NCBI GenBank assembly: GCA_047627195.1 | Contig: JBLHTH010000001.1 | Span: 3,232 to 67,231 of the forward strand | Origin: Pseudohongiellaceae bacterium | Lineage (GTDB): Bacteria; Pseudomonadota; Gammaproteobacteria; Pseudomonadales; Pseudohongiellaceae | Direction: 5' to 3' | DNA: 64,000 nucleotides | Shown here: positions 12,033-21,922 of the stretch, piece after piece | Layout of the letters: each line of letters begins with the position of its first letter | How positions within the stretch are numbered: position 1 is the stretch's first letter | Notes under the pieces: model-generated | What the model was told of the DNA's origin: nothing | The model's input: only the letters and a program-made list of their open reading frames with translations | The model's database searches: none | Made by a program: the position numbers and the translations under genes

Positions 12033-13313
12033 GTGACAGATAGGCCTCTAACAAGAAACATTGACCTCAATCGTGGGCCTCTCGATATAGCCGGCTACGA
12101 AGCCGCCGATGGTTATCAGAGCATGCACGCAATTGCCAAAGGCCTTAGCCCGGACGATGTCTTAGCTATCGTAAAAACCTCTGGCCTTAAAGGGCGCGGT
12201 GGAGCTGGCTTTCCAACTGGACTGAAGTGGAGCTTTGTTCCTAGAGGGGAAGCATCTCCACGTCAAAAATATTTGGTAGTTAACGCCGATGAGATGGAGC
12301 CGGGTACGTTTAAAGATCGGCTTCTGATGGAAGGTGACCCACATTTACTCATAGATGGGATGTTGGTTGCGGCATATGCAATTCAAGCCAACATGGCTTA
12401 TATTTTTCTTAGAGGCGAATACATCGACGCTGAAAACGCACTAAAAAAAGCTGTCAAGGAAGCGTACGAACGAGGTTTTTTAGGCAAAAACATTCTGGGG
12501 ACTGGCTTCGATCTAGATATAGTTTTGCATACTAGTGCCGGTCGTTATATTTGCGGTGAGGAAACCGCGTTGCTTAATGCACTTGAAGGCAAAAGGGCAA
12601 ATCCACGAGCAAAACCGCCGTTCCCGCAGGTCAGTGGTCTATGGGGAAAACCGACGATTGTAAACAATGTAGAAACGCTTTGTAATTTGCCCGGCATCTT
12701 GGCTTACGGAGTCGATTGGTATCAGGGGCTTTCTTTGGGCGTTGATCACGGCACCAAAATATTTGGTGTAAGTGGCAAGGTTAAAAACCCAGGTTGTTGG
12801 GAGTTGCCGCTTGGCACGCCTGTTCGTGAACTGTTGGAAGGTCACGCCGGTGGAATGCGGGATGGTTTGGAACTTCGTGCGTTCTTACCGGGGGGCGGCT
12901 CAACTGATTTTATGCTACCAGAGCATTTGAATTTAAATTTGGACTACGATGAAATTGGGAAAGCGGGTAGCCGTCTGGCGACCGGTACGATGATTGTTTT
13001 GGACAATCAAACTTGCCCTGTAGGCATGATTGGAAACTTGATGACTTTCTTCGCTCATGAGTCCTGCGGCTTTTGTACGCCATGCCGAGATGGCTTGCCT
13101 TGGGTAGATGAGATATTCAAAGGTTTTGAGGCTGGAACCGGCAATGAAAAAGACCTAGCAATCCTCCATGATCATGTTGATTATTTGGGGCCAGGAAGAA
13201 CATTTTGTGCTTTAGCCCCTGGGGCAACAGCACCGTTAGGTAGTGGTTTAAAGTTCTTTGCCGAAGATTTTCAGAAGCATATAAGCGAAGCGCGTTGTAC
13301 TTATAAACATTAA
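12033..13313 (+). CDS. nuoF: NADH-quinone oxidoreductase subunit F
   Basis: GTG start follows AAGGA. Motifs GRGGAGFPTGLKW, GEETALLNALEG and ESCGFCTPCRDG are present. Confidence 0.96.
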   Translation: MTDRPLTRNIDLNRGPLDIAGYEAADGYQSMHAIAKGLSPDDVLAIVKTSGLKGRGGAGFPTGLKWSFVPRGEASPRQKYLVVNADEMEPGTFKDRLLMEGDPHLLIDGMLVAAYAIQANMAYIFLRGEYIDAENALKKAVKEAYERGFLGKNILGTGFDLDIVLHTSAGRYICGEETALLNALEGKRANPRAKPPFPQVSGLWGKPTIVNNVETLCNLPGILAYGVDWYQGLSLGVDHGTKIFGVSGKVKNPGCWELPLGTPVRELLEGHAGGMRDGLELRAFLPGGGSTDFMLPEHLNLNLDYDEIGKAGSRLATGTMIVLDNQTCPVGMIGNLMTFFAHESCGFCTPCRDGLPWVDEIFKGFEAGTGNEKDLAILHDHVDYLGPGRTFCALAPGATAPLGSGLKFFAEDFQKHISEARCTYKH

Positions 13314-13345
13314 TACTAAATTAATACAGAATTCTGGAGTTTTAG

Positions 13346-16081
13346 ATGGCTAAAATTGTTATAGACGGAGTCACTTACGAAGTGAATCCCGGTAACAATC
13401 TGTTGCAAGAAAGCCTTTCTCAAGGTTTAGACTTGCCTTACTTCTGCTGGCATCCCTGTATGGGATCGGTAGGGGCATGTCGACAATGCGCGGTAAAACA
13501 ATATCGAGATGAGAACGATGAGAACGGAATGATAGTGATGGCGTGCATGACTCCGGCAACTGATGGAGCCATCATTTCCATAGAAGATGAGCAAGCTAAG
13601 AAAATGCGTGGGCAGGTGATCGAGAGCTTGATGATTAGCCATCCTCACGACTGTCCTGTTTGTGAGGAAGGCGGTGAATGCCATCTTCAAGATATGACTC
13701 AAATGTCAGGTCATAACTACCGCCGGTACGATAAAAAGAAAGTAACTCATCGCAATCAACATCTAGGTCCTTTTATTAATCATGAAATGAATCGCTGCAT
13801 AACTTGTTACCGTTGCGTGCGCTATTACGACGATTACGCAGGAGGCACGGATCTTTCGGCTCAAGCCTCTCATCATCATGTCTATTTTGGACGTCAGGAA
13901 GACGGCGTGTTAGAAAATGAGTTTAGTGGCAATTTAGTAGAAGTTTGTCCAACTGGCGTATTTACTGACAAGCCCTTTAGTAAGCGCTATAGCAGAAAAT
14001 GGGATTTACAAGTGGCGCCTAGTATTTGTACCGGCTGTGCTGTTGGCTGCAACACATCTCCCGGCGAGAGATACGGGGAATTGCGTAGAATTGTTAATCG
14101 TTATAACAGTGAAGTTAACGGCTATTTCCTGTGTGATAGAGGTAGGTTTGGTTTTGATTTCGTCAATAGCGAGAACAGAATTACAGCCCCATTTAAGCGA
14201 AATAAAGACGGTAGTCAATGGATCGAAGGAGTTGAGGTCGATGACGCAAAAGCGATCATAGCCAATCTCAAAAAGAAAAGCGTTTTAGGTATAGGTTCGC
14301 CTCGCGCAAGTAACGAATCTAATTTCGCTTTGCGTAGCTTAGTAGGCAAAGAAAACTTTTTTGCTGGTTACTCTGACGTTGAACACGAATCCATGAAGTT
14401 GATCAATAAGCTCATGCAAGATACGTCTTTTCACAGTCCGAGTATTAAGGAGATCGAGCAAGCAGATGCGATTCTTATACTTGGCGAGGATGTCACTAAT
14501 GTAGCGCCAAGGGTTGCGCTGGCGCTTCGTCAATCAGTTCGTCAGCGCGCTCAAGAATTAGCGGCGGCTAATAATATTCCTCATTGGCAAGATGCTGCAG
14601 TGCGCGAACTTGCTCAGCGTGAACTTAGTCCTCTGACAGCTATGACTCCTTACGCAACAAGACTCGAAGATGTAACGACTCATAGTATTGTCGACTCAAT
14701 GGCTAGCCTTATAAGTCTAGCTCAGTGCATCGCTTGTGAGATTTGTGCAGAGGCTCCAGAACCAAGCAAGCCAAATACTGGCGCGAGGGATCTGATCGCT
14801 CAGATTGCTGCTGAGCTTAGCAGTGCCAAAAGACCTCTAATTATCGCCGGCAGCACCGCTGGTGATCCTGCCGCGATAAAAGCGGCGGCTAATATTGCCC
14901 GAGCTCTTTCGACTAAAAGATCGAAAGCTACTGATTTATGTTTACTTAGCCCAGAGGTCAACTCCGTTGGCTTAGGTCTTATGGTGGACCCTGAAAATAG
15001 TTTAGGCAAAGCCCTTGAGCTAGTTCGAAGTGGCGAAGTTAAAAATATCGTCATACTTGAAAATGATTTGTATCGCCGCGCTAGTACAGCGCTCGTTGAT
15101 GAGGCGCTACACAAAGCCGAGATGGTTGTAGTGGCTGATCACTTGCCTACACCGACAACCGAGCAGGCGACATTGGTATTGCCGAGCACAGCATTTTCAG
15201 AACATGAAGCAAGCTATGTGAATTTTGAGGGTAGGGCACAGCTAAGTTACCAAGTGCACCGTTGCCATAGTGACGCATTACCGTCCTGGCGCTGGTTCAC
15301 GGGATCAGACATCGCTCATGTGAATGACGTGATTGCCCAATGCGCTGCTGGCATCTCTGGATTAACAGCATTGAATGAACTTATTGCTGGCGCCGATATT
15401 ATTGCCGGAATCAAGTTTCCTAGGCAGTCTCATCGCTACAGCGGGAGAACGGCTATGAAAGCAAATATAAATGTTCATGAGCCCAAACAAGCAGTAGATG
15501 AAGAGTCTCGAATGTCTTTTTCTATGGAGGGGGTCCCTTCCACAAGGGATTCAAATATTCTGGCGTCGAGCTGGGCTCCTAGTTGGAATTCAAATCAGTC
15601 AATTTCTAAATTTCAAGAAGAAGTTAATGGGGAGTTAAAGCAAGGTCATCCTGGTTCGCAAGTATTTTTGAAGGCTTCCAAGCCGCAAAGCTACTTCGAA
15701 ATAAGCAATGAAAATTCAGCCCCATCATCGGATTTGAGCATTAGTTTCGCTCATCAAATATTCGGAAGCGATGAGCTCAGTGCCAAAGCTGCGCCGATTG
15801 CCGAGCGCATGACCACTTCCTACATAGGCTTAAGTTTAGAGGATGCACAGGCGCGAGATCTGGCACAAGGAAATACAATTAAGCTCGGTGAAAGTTCTGC
15901 CACAGCTACTGTCATTATTCGTAGAAAACAAAAGACGGGTACGGCCGCACTTTACTGCGCACCTGGTGAAATTAACCCATTTGACGTCTTGCAAATTAGC
16001 TCGATCAGCAAAGCTAACAGTGATCATAATGCCAACAGCCTTGACGGTTTACAGTTAAGTGATCGCTGGGAGGATGATTAG
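13346..16081 (+). CDS. nuoG: NADH-quinone oxidoreductase subunit G
   Basis: 911 aa. The N-terminal 2Fe-2S and 4Fe-4S cysteine clusters are present (CRQC, HPHDCPVCEEGGEC, CITCYRCVRY). The long molybdopterin-like C-terminal part matches the enterobacterial-type NuoG. Confidence 0.95.
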   Translation: MAKIVIDGVTYEVNPGNNLLQESLSQGLDLPYFCWHPCMGSVGACRQCAVKQYRDENDENGMIVMACMTPATDGAIISIEDEQAKKMRGQVIESLMISHPHDCPVCEEGGECHLQDMTQMSGHNYRRYDKKKVTHRNQHLGPFINHEMNRCITCYRCVRYYDDYAGGTDLSAQASHHHVYFGRQEDGVLENEFSGNLVEVCPTGVFTDKPFSKRYSRKWDLQVAPSICTGCAVGCNTSPGERYGELRRIVNRYNSEVNGYFLCDRGRFGFDFVNSENRITAPFKRNKDGSQWIEGVEVDDAKAIIANLKKKSVLGIGSPRASNESNFALRSLVGKENFFAGYSDVEHESMKLINKLMQDTSFHSPSIKEIEQADAILILGEDVTNVAPRVALALRQSVRQRAQELAAANNIPHWQDAAVRELAQRELSPLTAMTPYATRLEDVTTHSIVDSMASLISLAQCIACEICAEAPEPSKPNTGARDLIAQIAAELSSAKRPLIIAGSTAGDPAAIKAAANIARALSTKRSKATDLCLLSPEVNSVGLGLMVDPENSLGKALELVRSGEVKNIVILENDLYRRASTALVDEALHKAEMVVVADHLPTPTTEQATLVLPSTAFSEHEASYVNFEGRAQLSYQVHRCHSDALPSWRWFTGSDIAHVNDVIAQCAAGISGLTALNELIAGADIIAGIKFPRQSHRYSGRTAMKANINVHEPKQAVDEESRMSFSMEGVPSTRDSNILASSWAPSWNSNQSISKFQEEVNGELKQGHPGSQVFLKASKPQSYFEISNENSAPSSDLSISFAHQIFGSDELSAKAAPIAERMTTSYIGLSLEDAQARDLAQGNTIKLGESSATATVIIRRKQKTGTAALYCAPGEINPFDVLQISSISKANSDHNANSLDGLQLSDRWEDD

Positions 16082-16084
16082 CCT

Positions 16085-17038
16085 ATGAATTGGGAAGTTG
16101 GATCAGGATTAAACCTTGGCGTTATTCTAGGAACAGTTATCGTTGTTGCCGCTATGTTGATTTGGGTTGAGCGGCGTCTATTGAGCCTTTGGCAAGAGCG
16201 CTTGGGACCAAACCGTGTTGGACCTTTTGGATTATTGCAAGTGGTCGCCGACATGATAAAAATATTCACCAAAGAAGACTGGGTGCCTCCGTTTGCTGAT
16301 AGATTCAGTTTTGTCTTAGCGCCAGCAATCATTATGGTGGCGATTTTATTGAGTTTCGCCGTCGTACCCTTTGCCCCTGGAGTGGGAGTGATTGATTCCA
16401 ATATCGGTGTGTTGTTTGTTCTCGCTATGGCATCCCTTGGCGCTTATAGCGTTATGCTAGCTGGTTTATCTTCGGATAATAAATATGCTTTGCTTGGTAG
16501 CTTACGCGCTGCAGCACAGATGATAAGTTATGAAGTGTTCATGGGCGTCTCTTTGCTTGGAGTTGTCGCGCTAAGTGGTAGTTTTAATTTGCGGGAAATC
16601 GTCTTGGCGCAATCAGATGGTTGGTATGTCATCCCTCAGTTTATTGGCTTCGTTATTTTCTTTATAGCAGGAATTGCTGAGAGCCACCGATTACCTTTTG
16701 ATATTCCTGAGGCCGAGCAAGAGATTTGCGCGGGTTACCATACCGAATATTCGGGAATGAAGTTTGGCATGTTCTTTGTCGGAGAGTATTTGGGGCTAGT
16801 CTTAATTTCGTCTCTAATCACCGTGCTTTTTTTCGGCGGTTGGCTTGGACCTAGTTTTCTTCCACCTATAGTTTGGTTTGTGCTCAAAGCTTTCATTTTT
16901 ATTGCGTTTTTTATTTTGCTGCGGGCTGCAATCCCGAGGCCTCGCTATGATCAGTTAATGAGTTACGGCTGGCTGTTCTTGTTGCCCCTGTCGCTGCTTA
17001 ACCTGCTGGTTACTGGCGCAATAATATTGAGCACTTAA
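16085..17038 (+). CDS. nuoH: NADH-quinone oxidoreductase subunit H
   Basis: ND1-like polytopic protein ([36 protein letters not shown]). Confidence 0.95.
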   Translation: MNWEVGSGLNLGVILGTVIVVAAMLIWVERRLLSLWQERLGPNRVGPFGLLQVVADMIKIFTKEDWVPPFADRFSFVLAPAIIMVAILLSFAVVPFAPGVGVIDSNIGVLFVLAMASLGAYSVMLAGLSSDNKYALLGSLRAAAQMISYEVFMGVSLLGVVALSGSFNLREIVLAQSDGWYVIPQFIGFVIFFIAGIAESHRLPFDIPEAEQEICAGYHTEYSGMKFGMFFVGEYLGLVLISSLITVLFFGGWLGPSFLPPIVWFVLKAFIFIAFFILLRAAIPRPRYDQLMSYGWLFLLPLSLLNLLVTGAIILST

Positions 17039-17136
17039 ATGCGAGAGACGCTACAACAATTATTAAAAAGCCACGTGGTCTATTTGCAAATTGACTTGAC
17101 CGGCTCGATAAAAAATCATCAGCAACGGAGTACTTT

Positions 17137-17676
17137 ATGCTCAAGTTAATACAGGACACGCTGATTAGTCAGGTTCACACACTGTGGCTTGTTTTTAAAC
17201 ACGCTTTCGTTAAAGCGGATACCGTTCAATATCCAGAAGAGGCGCCCTATATGGCACCGCGGTGGCGCGGCCGTATAATCCTTAGCCGTGACCCAGATGG
17301 CGAAGAGCGTTGTGTGGCGTGCAATTTGTGCGCATGTGCTTGCCCGGTCGATTGTATCGCTCTGCAAAAAGCTGAAGATGAAGATGGCCGCTGGTATCCA
17401 GAGTTTTTTCGGATTAATTTTTCCCGCTGCATCATGTGCGGTTTCTGCGAGGAAGCCTGCCCAACTAATGCGATTCAATTGACTCCTGATTTTGAGATGG
17501 CCGAATACTCTAGGCAAGACATGGTTTGGGAAAAGGAAGATTTACTTATTAACGGTACTGGTAAGTATCACGACTACAATTTTTACCGTGTTGCAGGTAA
17601 ATCAATAAGAGGTAAAGACAAAGGAGAGGCGCAGAACGAAGCTGACCCGGTCAATGTCAGGAGTTTAATGCCATGA
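17137..17676 (+). CDS. nuoI: NADH-quinone oxidoreductase subunit I
   Basis: Two 4Fe-4S ferredoxin motifs are present ([12 protein letters not shown] and [12 protein letters not shown]). A GGAG lies 6 nt upstream. Confidence 0.95.
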   Translation: MLKLIQDTLISQVHTLWLVFKHAFVKADTVQYPEEAPYMAPRWRGRIILSRDPDGEERCVACNLCACACPVDCIALQKAEDEDGRWYPEFFRINFSRCIMCGFCEEACPTNAIQLTPDFEMAEYSRQDMVWEKEDLLINGTGKYHDYNFYRVAGKSIRGKDKGEAQNEADPVNVRSLMP

Positions 17677-18155
17677 GTCTGTTATTTTATTTAGCAGGCG
17701 CCATAGCTATTATTTCTACGGTGGCGGTGATTCTGCAGAGCAATATCGTCCACGCGCTCATTTATCTCATTCTGTCACTGCTTTCGATAGCGGTAATATT
17801 TTATGTGCTGGGTGCCCCATTTGCTGCAGTACTCGAAGCCATTGTCTACGCTGGAGCAATAATGGTGCTGTTTCTCTTTGTTATTATGATGCTGAACTTA
17901 GGCCAGCACACTCGTGACCAAGAAAAACAATGGTTGAGCTTAACAGGTTGGATTTTACCATGTCTGTTAGCGGCAGTCTTACTTGCTCAATTAATCAGTG
18001 TGCTTAGCAGCTATGACGTAACCATGAATCCAGAAACTGTGGGTGTGTTAGAGGTGAGTGCATTGTTATTTGGGCCTTATGTGCTTGCAGTAGAGTTAGC
18101 ATCTATTCTTTTGCTGGCAGGCTTAGTTTCTGCATATCACTTGGCAAAGAAATAA
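17673..18155 (+). CDS. nuoJ: NADH-quinone oxidoreductase subunit J
   Basis: ATGA overlap with nuoI. The product is an ND6-like membrane protein in the canonical operon position. Confidence 0.9.
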   Translation: MSLLFYLAGAIAIISTVAVILQSNIVHALIYLILSLLSIAVIFYVLGAPFAAVLEAIVYAGAIMVLFLFVIMMLNLGQHTRDQEKQWLSLTGWILPCLLAAVLLAQLISVLSSYDVTMNPETVGVLEVSALLFGPYVLAVELASILLLAGLVSAYHLAKK

Positions 18156-18183
18156 TGACGAAAGTGAATCAGAGAATCACGTA

Positions 18184-18492
18184 ATGGAAACGATACCTAC
18201 AGAGCATGGTCTTATTTTAGCTGGGATTCTTTTTGTTCTAGGGCTAATAGGTGTGCTAACAAGACGCAACATAGTGTTTGTGCTTATGTCTCTGGAAATC
18301 ATGCTCAATGCTAGCGGTCTCGCGTTTATCGTGGCGGCCGCACGTTTCGGACATGCTGAAGGGCATATTATGTTTTTAATGATTTTGACCTTGGCTGCAG
18401 CTGAAGTAGCGGTAGGTTTGGGACTAATTATTCAAATGTATAGAAAATTTCATACAGTAGACATTGCTGTGCTGAGTGAAATGAAAGGCTGA
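18184..18492 (+). CDS. nuoK: NADH-quinone oxidoreductase subunit K
   Basis: 102-aa, three-TM ND4L-like protein ([18 protein letters not shown]). Confidence 0.93.
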   Translation: METIPTEHGLILAGILFVLGLIGVLTRRNIVFVLMSLEIMLNASGLAFIVAAARFGHAEGHIMFLMILTLAAAEVAVGLGLIIQMYRKFHTVDIAVLSEMKG

Positions 18493-18542
18493 CACAATCC
18501 TTATCAAAACTAATACTAACTAAAGAGCGATAAGACACGACT

Positions 18543-20393
18543 GTGCAAGAATTTATTTGGCTATTACCAACTTTACCGTTGCTGGGCTTTTTGAGCCTAG
18601 CGTTAACTGGTGGCTCGCTGCCGAAAAGAGCTGTAGCAGCTATCGGGGCCGGCAGTATCGGTGCTGCCTTTATTGTTGCAGCTTTAATCGCTGTCGAGTT
18701 TTTGGGCTCTGGCGAAGAAGTCTTTGTATATCAGACCTGGGTTTGGATGTCGGTTGGGTCTTTTACTCCCGGTATCACGTTCTACTTAGATGGTTTGTCA
18801 CTGGTAATGATGCTTATCATTACTGGGGTGGGTTTTCTTATCCATCTTTACTCCACTGGGTTTATGTTTGACGATCCTAGTTACAGCCGCTTTTTTTCCT
18901 ATATGAATCTGTTTGTCGCAGCCATGCTGATGCTGGTTTTAGCCGACAATTTGGTGCTCCTATATTTGGGCTGGGAGGGCGTCGGTCTTTGTAGTTATCT
19001 GCTGATTGGTTTCTGGTATGAAAATCCTGCCAACGGTTATGCCGCTCGAAAGGCATTTGTGGTAACGAGAGTAGGGGACACCTCAATGGCGATAGGGCTT
19101 TTTCTTTTGTTTAGAGAATTAGGCACCCTAAATATTCAAGATTTAATGGTCGCCGCTCAAAGCGAATGGCAAATAGGCACAGAGATGGCGGTAGCCTGCT
19201 CACTGCTACTGCTCGGCGGGGCTGTTGGAAAGTCCGCGCAATTACCATTACAGACATGGCTGCCTGATGCGATGGCTGGACCTACGCCAATTAGCGCTCT
19301 TATACATGCGGCTACGATGGTTACCGCTGGAGTCTACTTAATAGCGAGAACGCATGTATTGTTCGAACTTGCGCCCTGGGTGCAGATGCTGGTGGCTTGG
19401 ATTGGTTTGGCAACGTTGTTAATGGCTGGCTTTACGGCATTGACTCAGCATGACATTAAAAGAATTCTAGCTTATTCAACAATCAGCCAGATTGGCTATA
19501 TGTTTTTGGGCCTAGGTGTTGGGGCCTGGTCTGCCTCGGTCTTTCACTTGATGACACATGCCTTTTTCAAAGCACTTTTGTTTCTGGCAGCAGGTACAGT
19601 CATATACAGCCTGCACCATGAGCACGACATTTTTAAGATGGGTGGTAAACGCAAGCAGTTGCCAGTTGCGTTTTGGTCTTTCCTGATAGGCAGTCTTGCC
19701 TTGGCGGCATTTCCATTTACGTCGGGGTATTTTAGTAAAGACGAGATATTGTTGGCCGCTTATGCATCCGGCGGTTCAGGTGTTTGGCTGTGGATAGGAG
19801 GCGTTTTTGGCGCGTTCCTAACAGGGGCTTACAGTTTTAGACTAGTGTTTGTTGTGTTCTTCGGTGCCAGCCGAGGGCATCACGATGAGAAAGAAAAAAC
19901 TGGATTTGCGATGGCGACACCACTTTTCGTTTTAATGTTGTTGTCCTTGGTGGGGGGCTGGATTCAAATTCCAGTTGAATCGGTGTTTAGCCATGGGCTT
20001 GCGCATGAAGAGCACCACGTTAGCGCTTTAATTCATGGAATAATGATAGCTGTTCCGCTGCTAGGTATTGCCGTTAGCTATCTTTTCTTTGTTAGCGGTG
20101 CGTTTTCTGTCGAAAAGCTTATGTCTTATAAGTTCGCAAAATTTTTGCATCGTTTTTGGTTTAGCGGCTGGTACATGGATGCCTTATACCAGCGCGTTTT
20201 AGTAAACCCATTCGTTTGGTTGGCTAGGCTGAATCGCAACGATTTTTTTGATGTGCTTTATAACTCGCTCATTATTATTTCACGATTAGCGCACGGATTA
20301 ATTGTAAAATCGCAAACTGGTTATTTAGGTTGGTATCTTTTAAGCATGGTAGCCGGCTTGATAGTTGTCTTGGCGGCGGGGGTTTACCTGTGA
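18543..20393 (+). CDS. nuoL: NADH-quinone oxidoreductase subunit L
   Basis: 616-aa ND5-like antiporter subunit (GWEGVGLCSYLLIGFW, KSAQLPLQTWLPDAMAGPTP). GTG start. Confidence 0.95.
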   Translation: MQEFIWLLPTLPLLGFLSLALTGGSLPKRAVAAIGAGSIGAAFIVAALIAVEFLGSGEEVFVYQTWVWMSVGSFTPGITFYLDGLSLVMMLIITGVGFLIHLYSTGFMFDDPSYSRFFSYMNLFVAAMLMLVLADNLVLLYLGWEGVGLCSYLLIGFWYENPANGYAARKAFVVTRVGDTSMAIGLFLLFRELGTLNIQDLMVAAQSEWQIGTEMAVACSLLLLGGAVGKSAQLPLQTWLPDAMAGPTPISALIHAATMVTAGVYLIARTHVLFELAPWVQMLVAWIGLATLLMAGFTALTQHDIKRILAYSTISQIGYMFLGLGVGAWSASVFHLMTHAFFKALLFLAAGTVIYSLHHEHDIFKMGGKRKQLPVAFWSFLIGSLALAAFPFTSGYFSKDEILLAAYASGGSGVWLWIGGVFGAFLTGAYSFRLVFVVFFGASRGHHDEKEKTGFAMATPLFVLMLLSLVGGWIQIPVESVFSHGLAHEEHHVSALIHGIMIAVPLLGIAVSYLFFVSGAFSVEKLMSYKFAKFLHRFWFSGWYMDALYQRVLVNPFVWLARLNRNDFFDVLYNSLIIISRLAHGLIVKSQTGYLGWYLLSMVAGLIVVLAAGVYL

Positions 20394-21922
20394 TTTTATT
20401 AGCGCTAATTAGCATTCTTTTTGTAGGCGGACTTATTGCTTGGGCTTCAGAAAGCGTGGACGCAAACTTTCCCCGAGCTATTGCCCTCATCACTGTCATT
20501 ATAGAGCTGGCTGTCGTTTGCCTGTTACTACTTCAGGAGTCTAGCGCTGAGGGCTGGGTGGCAAGCGTTGATGCCGCATGGATTCCGCGTTTTGGCATAA
20601 GCTTTTACTTAGCAGCAGATGGACTCAGTGTTCTTATGATTGCTTTAACCGCTTTTTTAGGTTTGATTGCGGTCGGTTCGGCTTGGTCTGAGATTCACGA
20701 GCGAACCGGATTTTTCTACTTTAATTTGCTTTGGACTTTAGCCGGTGTAATAGGTGTATTTACTGCGCTTGATTTATTTCTATTTTTCTTTTTTTGGGAA
20801 ATAATGTTAATCCCAATGTATTTTATTATTGCGATATGGGGGCATGAAAACAAAAGCTACGCGGCAATGAAGTTTTTCATTTTCACTCAGGTGAGCGGCA
20901 TGCTGATGCTAGTCGCAATTGTGATGATGGCCTATTTGCATTTTGTAGAATTTGGGCAATTGAGTTTTAAGTATCAAGACTTACTTAATTTGTCAGTCGC
21001 TAACCCGCTTCAATTTTGGATTATGCTAGGTTTCTTTATTGGCTTTGCAACCAAATTACCTTCGGTGCCTTTTCATGCATGGCTGCCTGATGCACACAGT
21101 CAAGCGCCAACGGCCGGCAGTGTCATTCTCGCTGGGGTACTACTGAAAACAGGCGCTTACGGTCTTATTCGTTTTGCAATCCCTTTGTTCCCAGAAGCTT
21201 CCGCTCATTTCGCACCTTTTGCGATGGGTTTAGCCGCTTTTAGTATTCTTTATTGTGCCAAGGTGGCTTTTGCTCAGTCAGATATTAAGCGTTTAATAGC
21301 GTACACAAGTGTCAGTCATATGGGGTTTGTGACCTTAGGAATTTATGCTTGGAATGAGCAGGCCTTGCAAGGGGCGATTATGACTATGCTGGCCCATGGA
21401 TTAAGTGCGGCAGCTTTATTTATGTTAGCCGGTGGATTGCAACATCGAATCCATACTCGAAATATGAACGAGATGGGGGGGTTTTGGATTTATGCTCCGC
21501 GCATGGCCGTCGTCACAATGTTCTTCTCCATCGCCGCTTTAGGCATGCCTGGTCTAGGTAACTTTGTTGGTGAGTTTTTGGCCTTGTTAGGAGCATTTCA
21601 AGTCAATGTCATAGCCACCGTAGCATCTGCTTTTGGCCTGATATTGGCCTCAGTTTATTCTCTCTGGGTTATTCAAAAGATCTTTCAAGGTGGCTACTCA
21701 GATTCTCACTTTGAAGGTTCCAAGCTTAGGGATTTAGATCGTCGTGAAATGAGTTATTACGCCTTAATGATGGTTGGCTTAATATGGATGGGTTTATACC
21801 CGCAACCCTTTTTAGATTTAGCAGAACCGGTGCTGACTTCATTGCTCGCTAGTACTCACAGTGTTGCTGAGACTCTTATTCCGACTCCTACTCTCACCCC
21901 TGCTACGGGAGCTGGGCTCTAA
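20390..21922 (+). CDS. nuoM: NADH-quinone oxidoreductase subunit M
   Basis: ND4-like (KLPSVPFHAWLPDAHSQAPTAGSV). I place the start at GTG 20390, which overlaps the nuoL stop (GTGA) and gives 510 aa. The ORF-track start at 20330 would add 20 codons inside nuoL. Confidence 0.9.
   Translation: MILLALISILFVGGLIAWASESVDANFPRAIALITVIIELAVVCLLLLQESSAEGWVASVDAAWIPRFGISFYLAADGLSVLMIALTAFLGLIAVGSAWSEIHERTGFFYFNLLWTLAGVIGVFTALDLFLFFFFWEIMLIPMYFIIAIWGHENKSYAAMKFFIFTQVSGMLMLVAIVMMAYLHFVEFGQLSFKYQDLLNLSVANPLQFWIMLGFFIGFATKLPSVPFHAWLPDAHSQAPTAGSVILAGVLLKTGAYGLIRFAIPLFPEASAHFAPFAMGLAAFSILYCAKVAFAQSDIKRLIAYTSVSHMGFVTLGIYAWNEQALQGAIMTMLAHGLSAAALFMLAGGLQHRIHTRNMNEMGGFWIYAPRMAVVTMFFSIAALGMPGLGNFVGEFLALLGAFQVNVIATVASAFGLILASVYSLWVIQKIFQGGYSDSHFEGSKLRDLDRREMSYYALMMVGLIWMGLYPQPFLDLAEPVLTSLLASTHSVAETLIPTPTLTPATGAGL

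Noticed and set aside
17039-17149. 36-codon ORF ([36 protein letters not shown]) that starts immediately after the nuoH stop and overlaps the nuoI start.
   Set aside because: A stop-free run of 36 codons is expected by chance at appreciable frequency. There is no Shine-Dalgarno sequence and no recognisable motif. The 98-nt gap already contains a good ribosome-binding site for nuoI. It would only be worth revisiting if conserved in relatives.
16078-17517. Antisense ORFs of 100-160 aa within core genes: 16078-16401 and 17146-17517 (nuoH/nuoI), 10808-11125 (nuoCD), 33890-34312 (asd), 39577-40062 (trpF/trpB) and 52090-52458 (the batD-like gene).
   Set aside because: Each lies fully inside a confidently identified gene on the opposite strand. 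None has motifs or a ribosome-binding site, and their compositions are typical of antisense frames.
20330-20389. N-terminal extensions suggested by the ORF track for nuoM (20330), purF (45401), trpB (39798) and the CBS protein (7291).
   Set aside because: The extensions lie inside the upstream gene or ahead of conserved N-termini. purF must begin MCG for the Ntn nucleophile. Downstream starts with better ribosome-binding sites or stop-start overlaps fit better.
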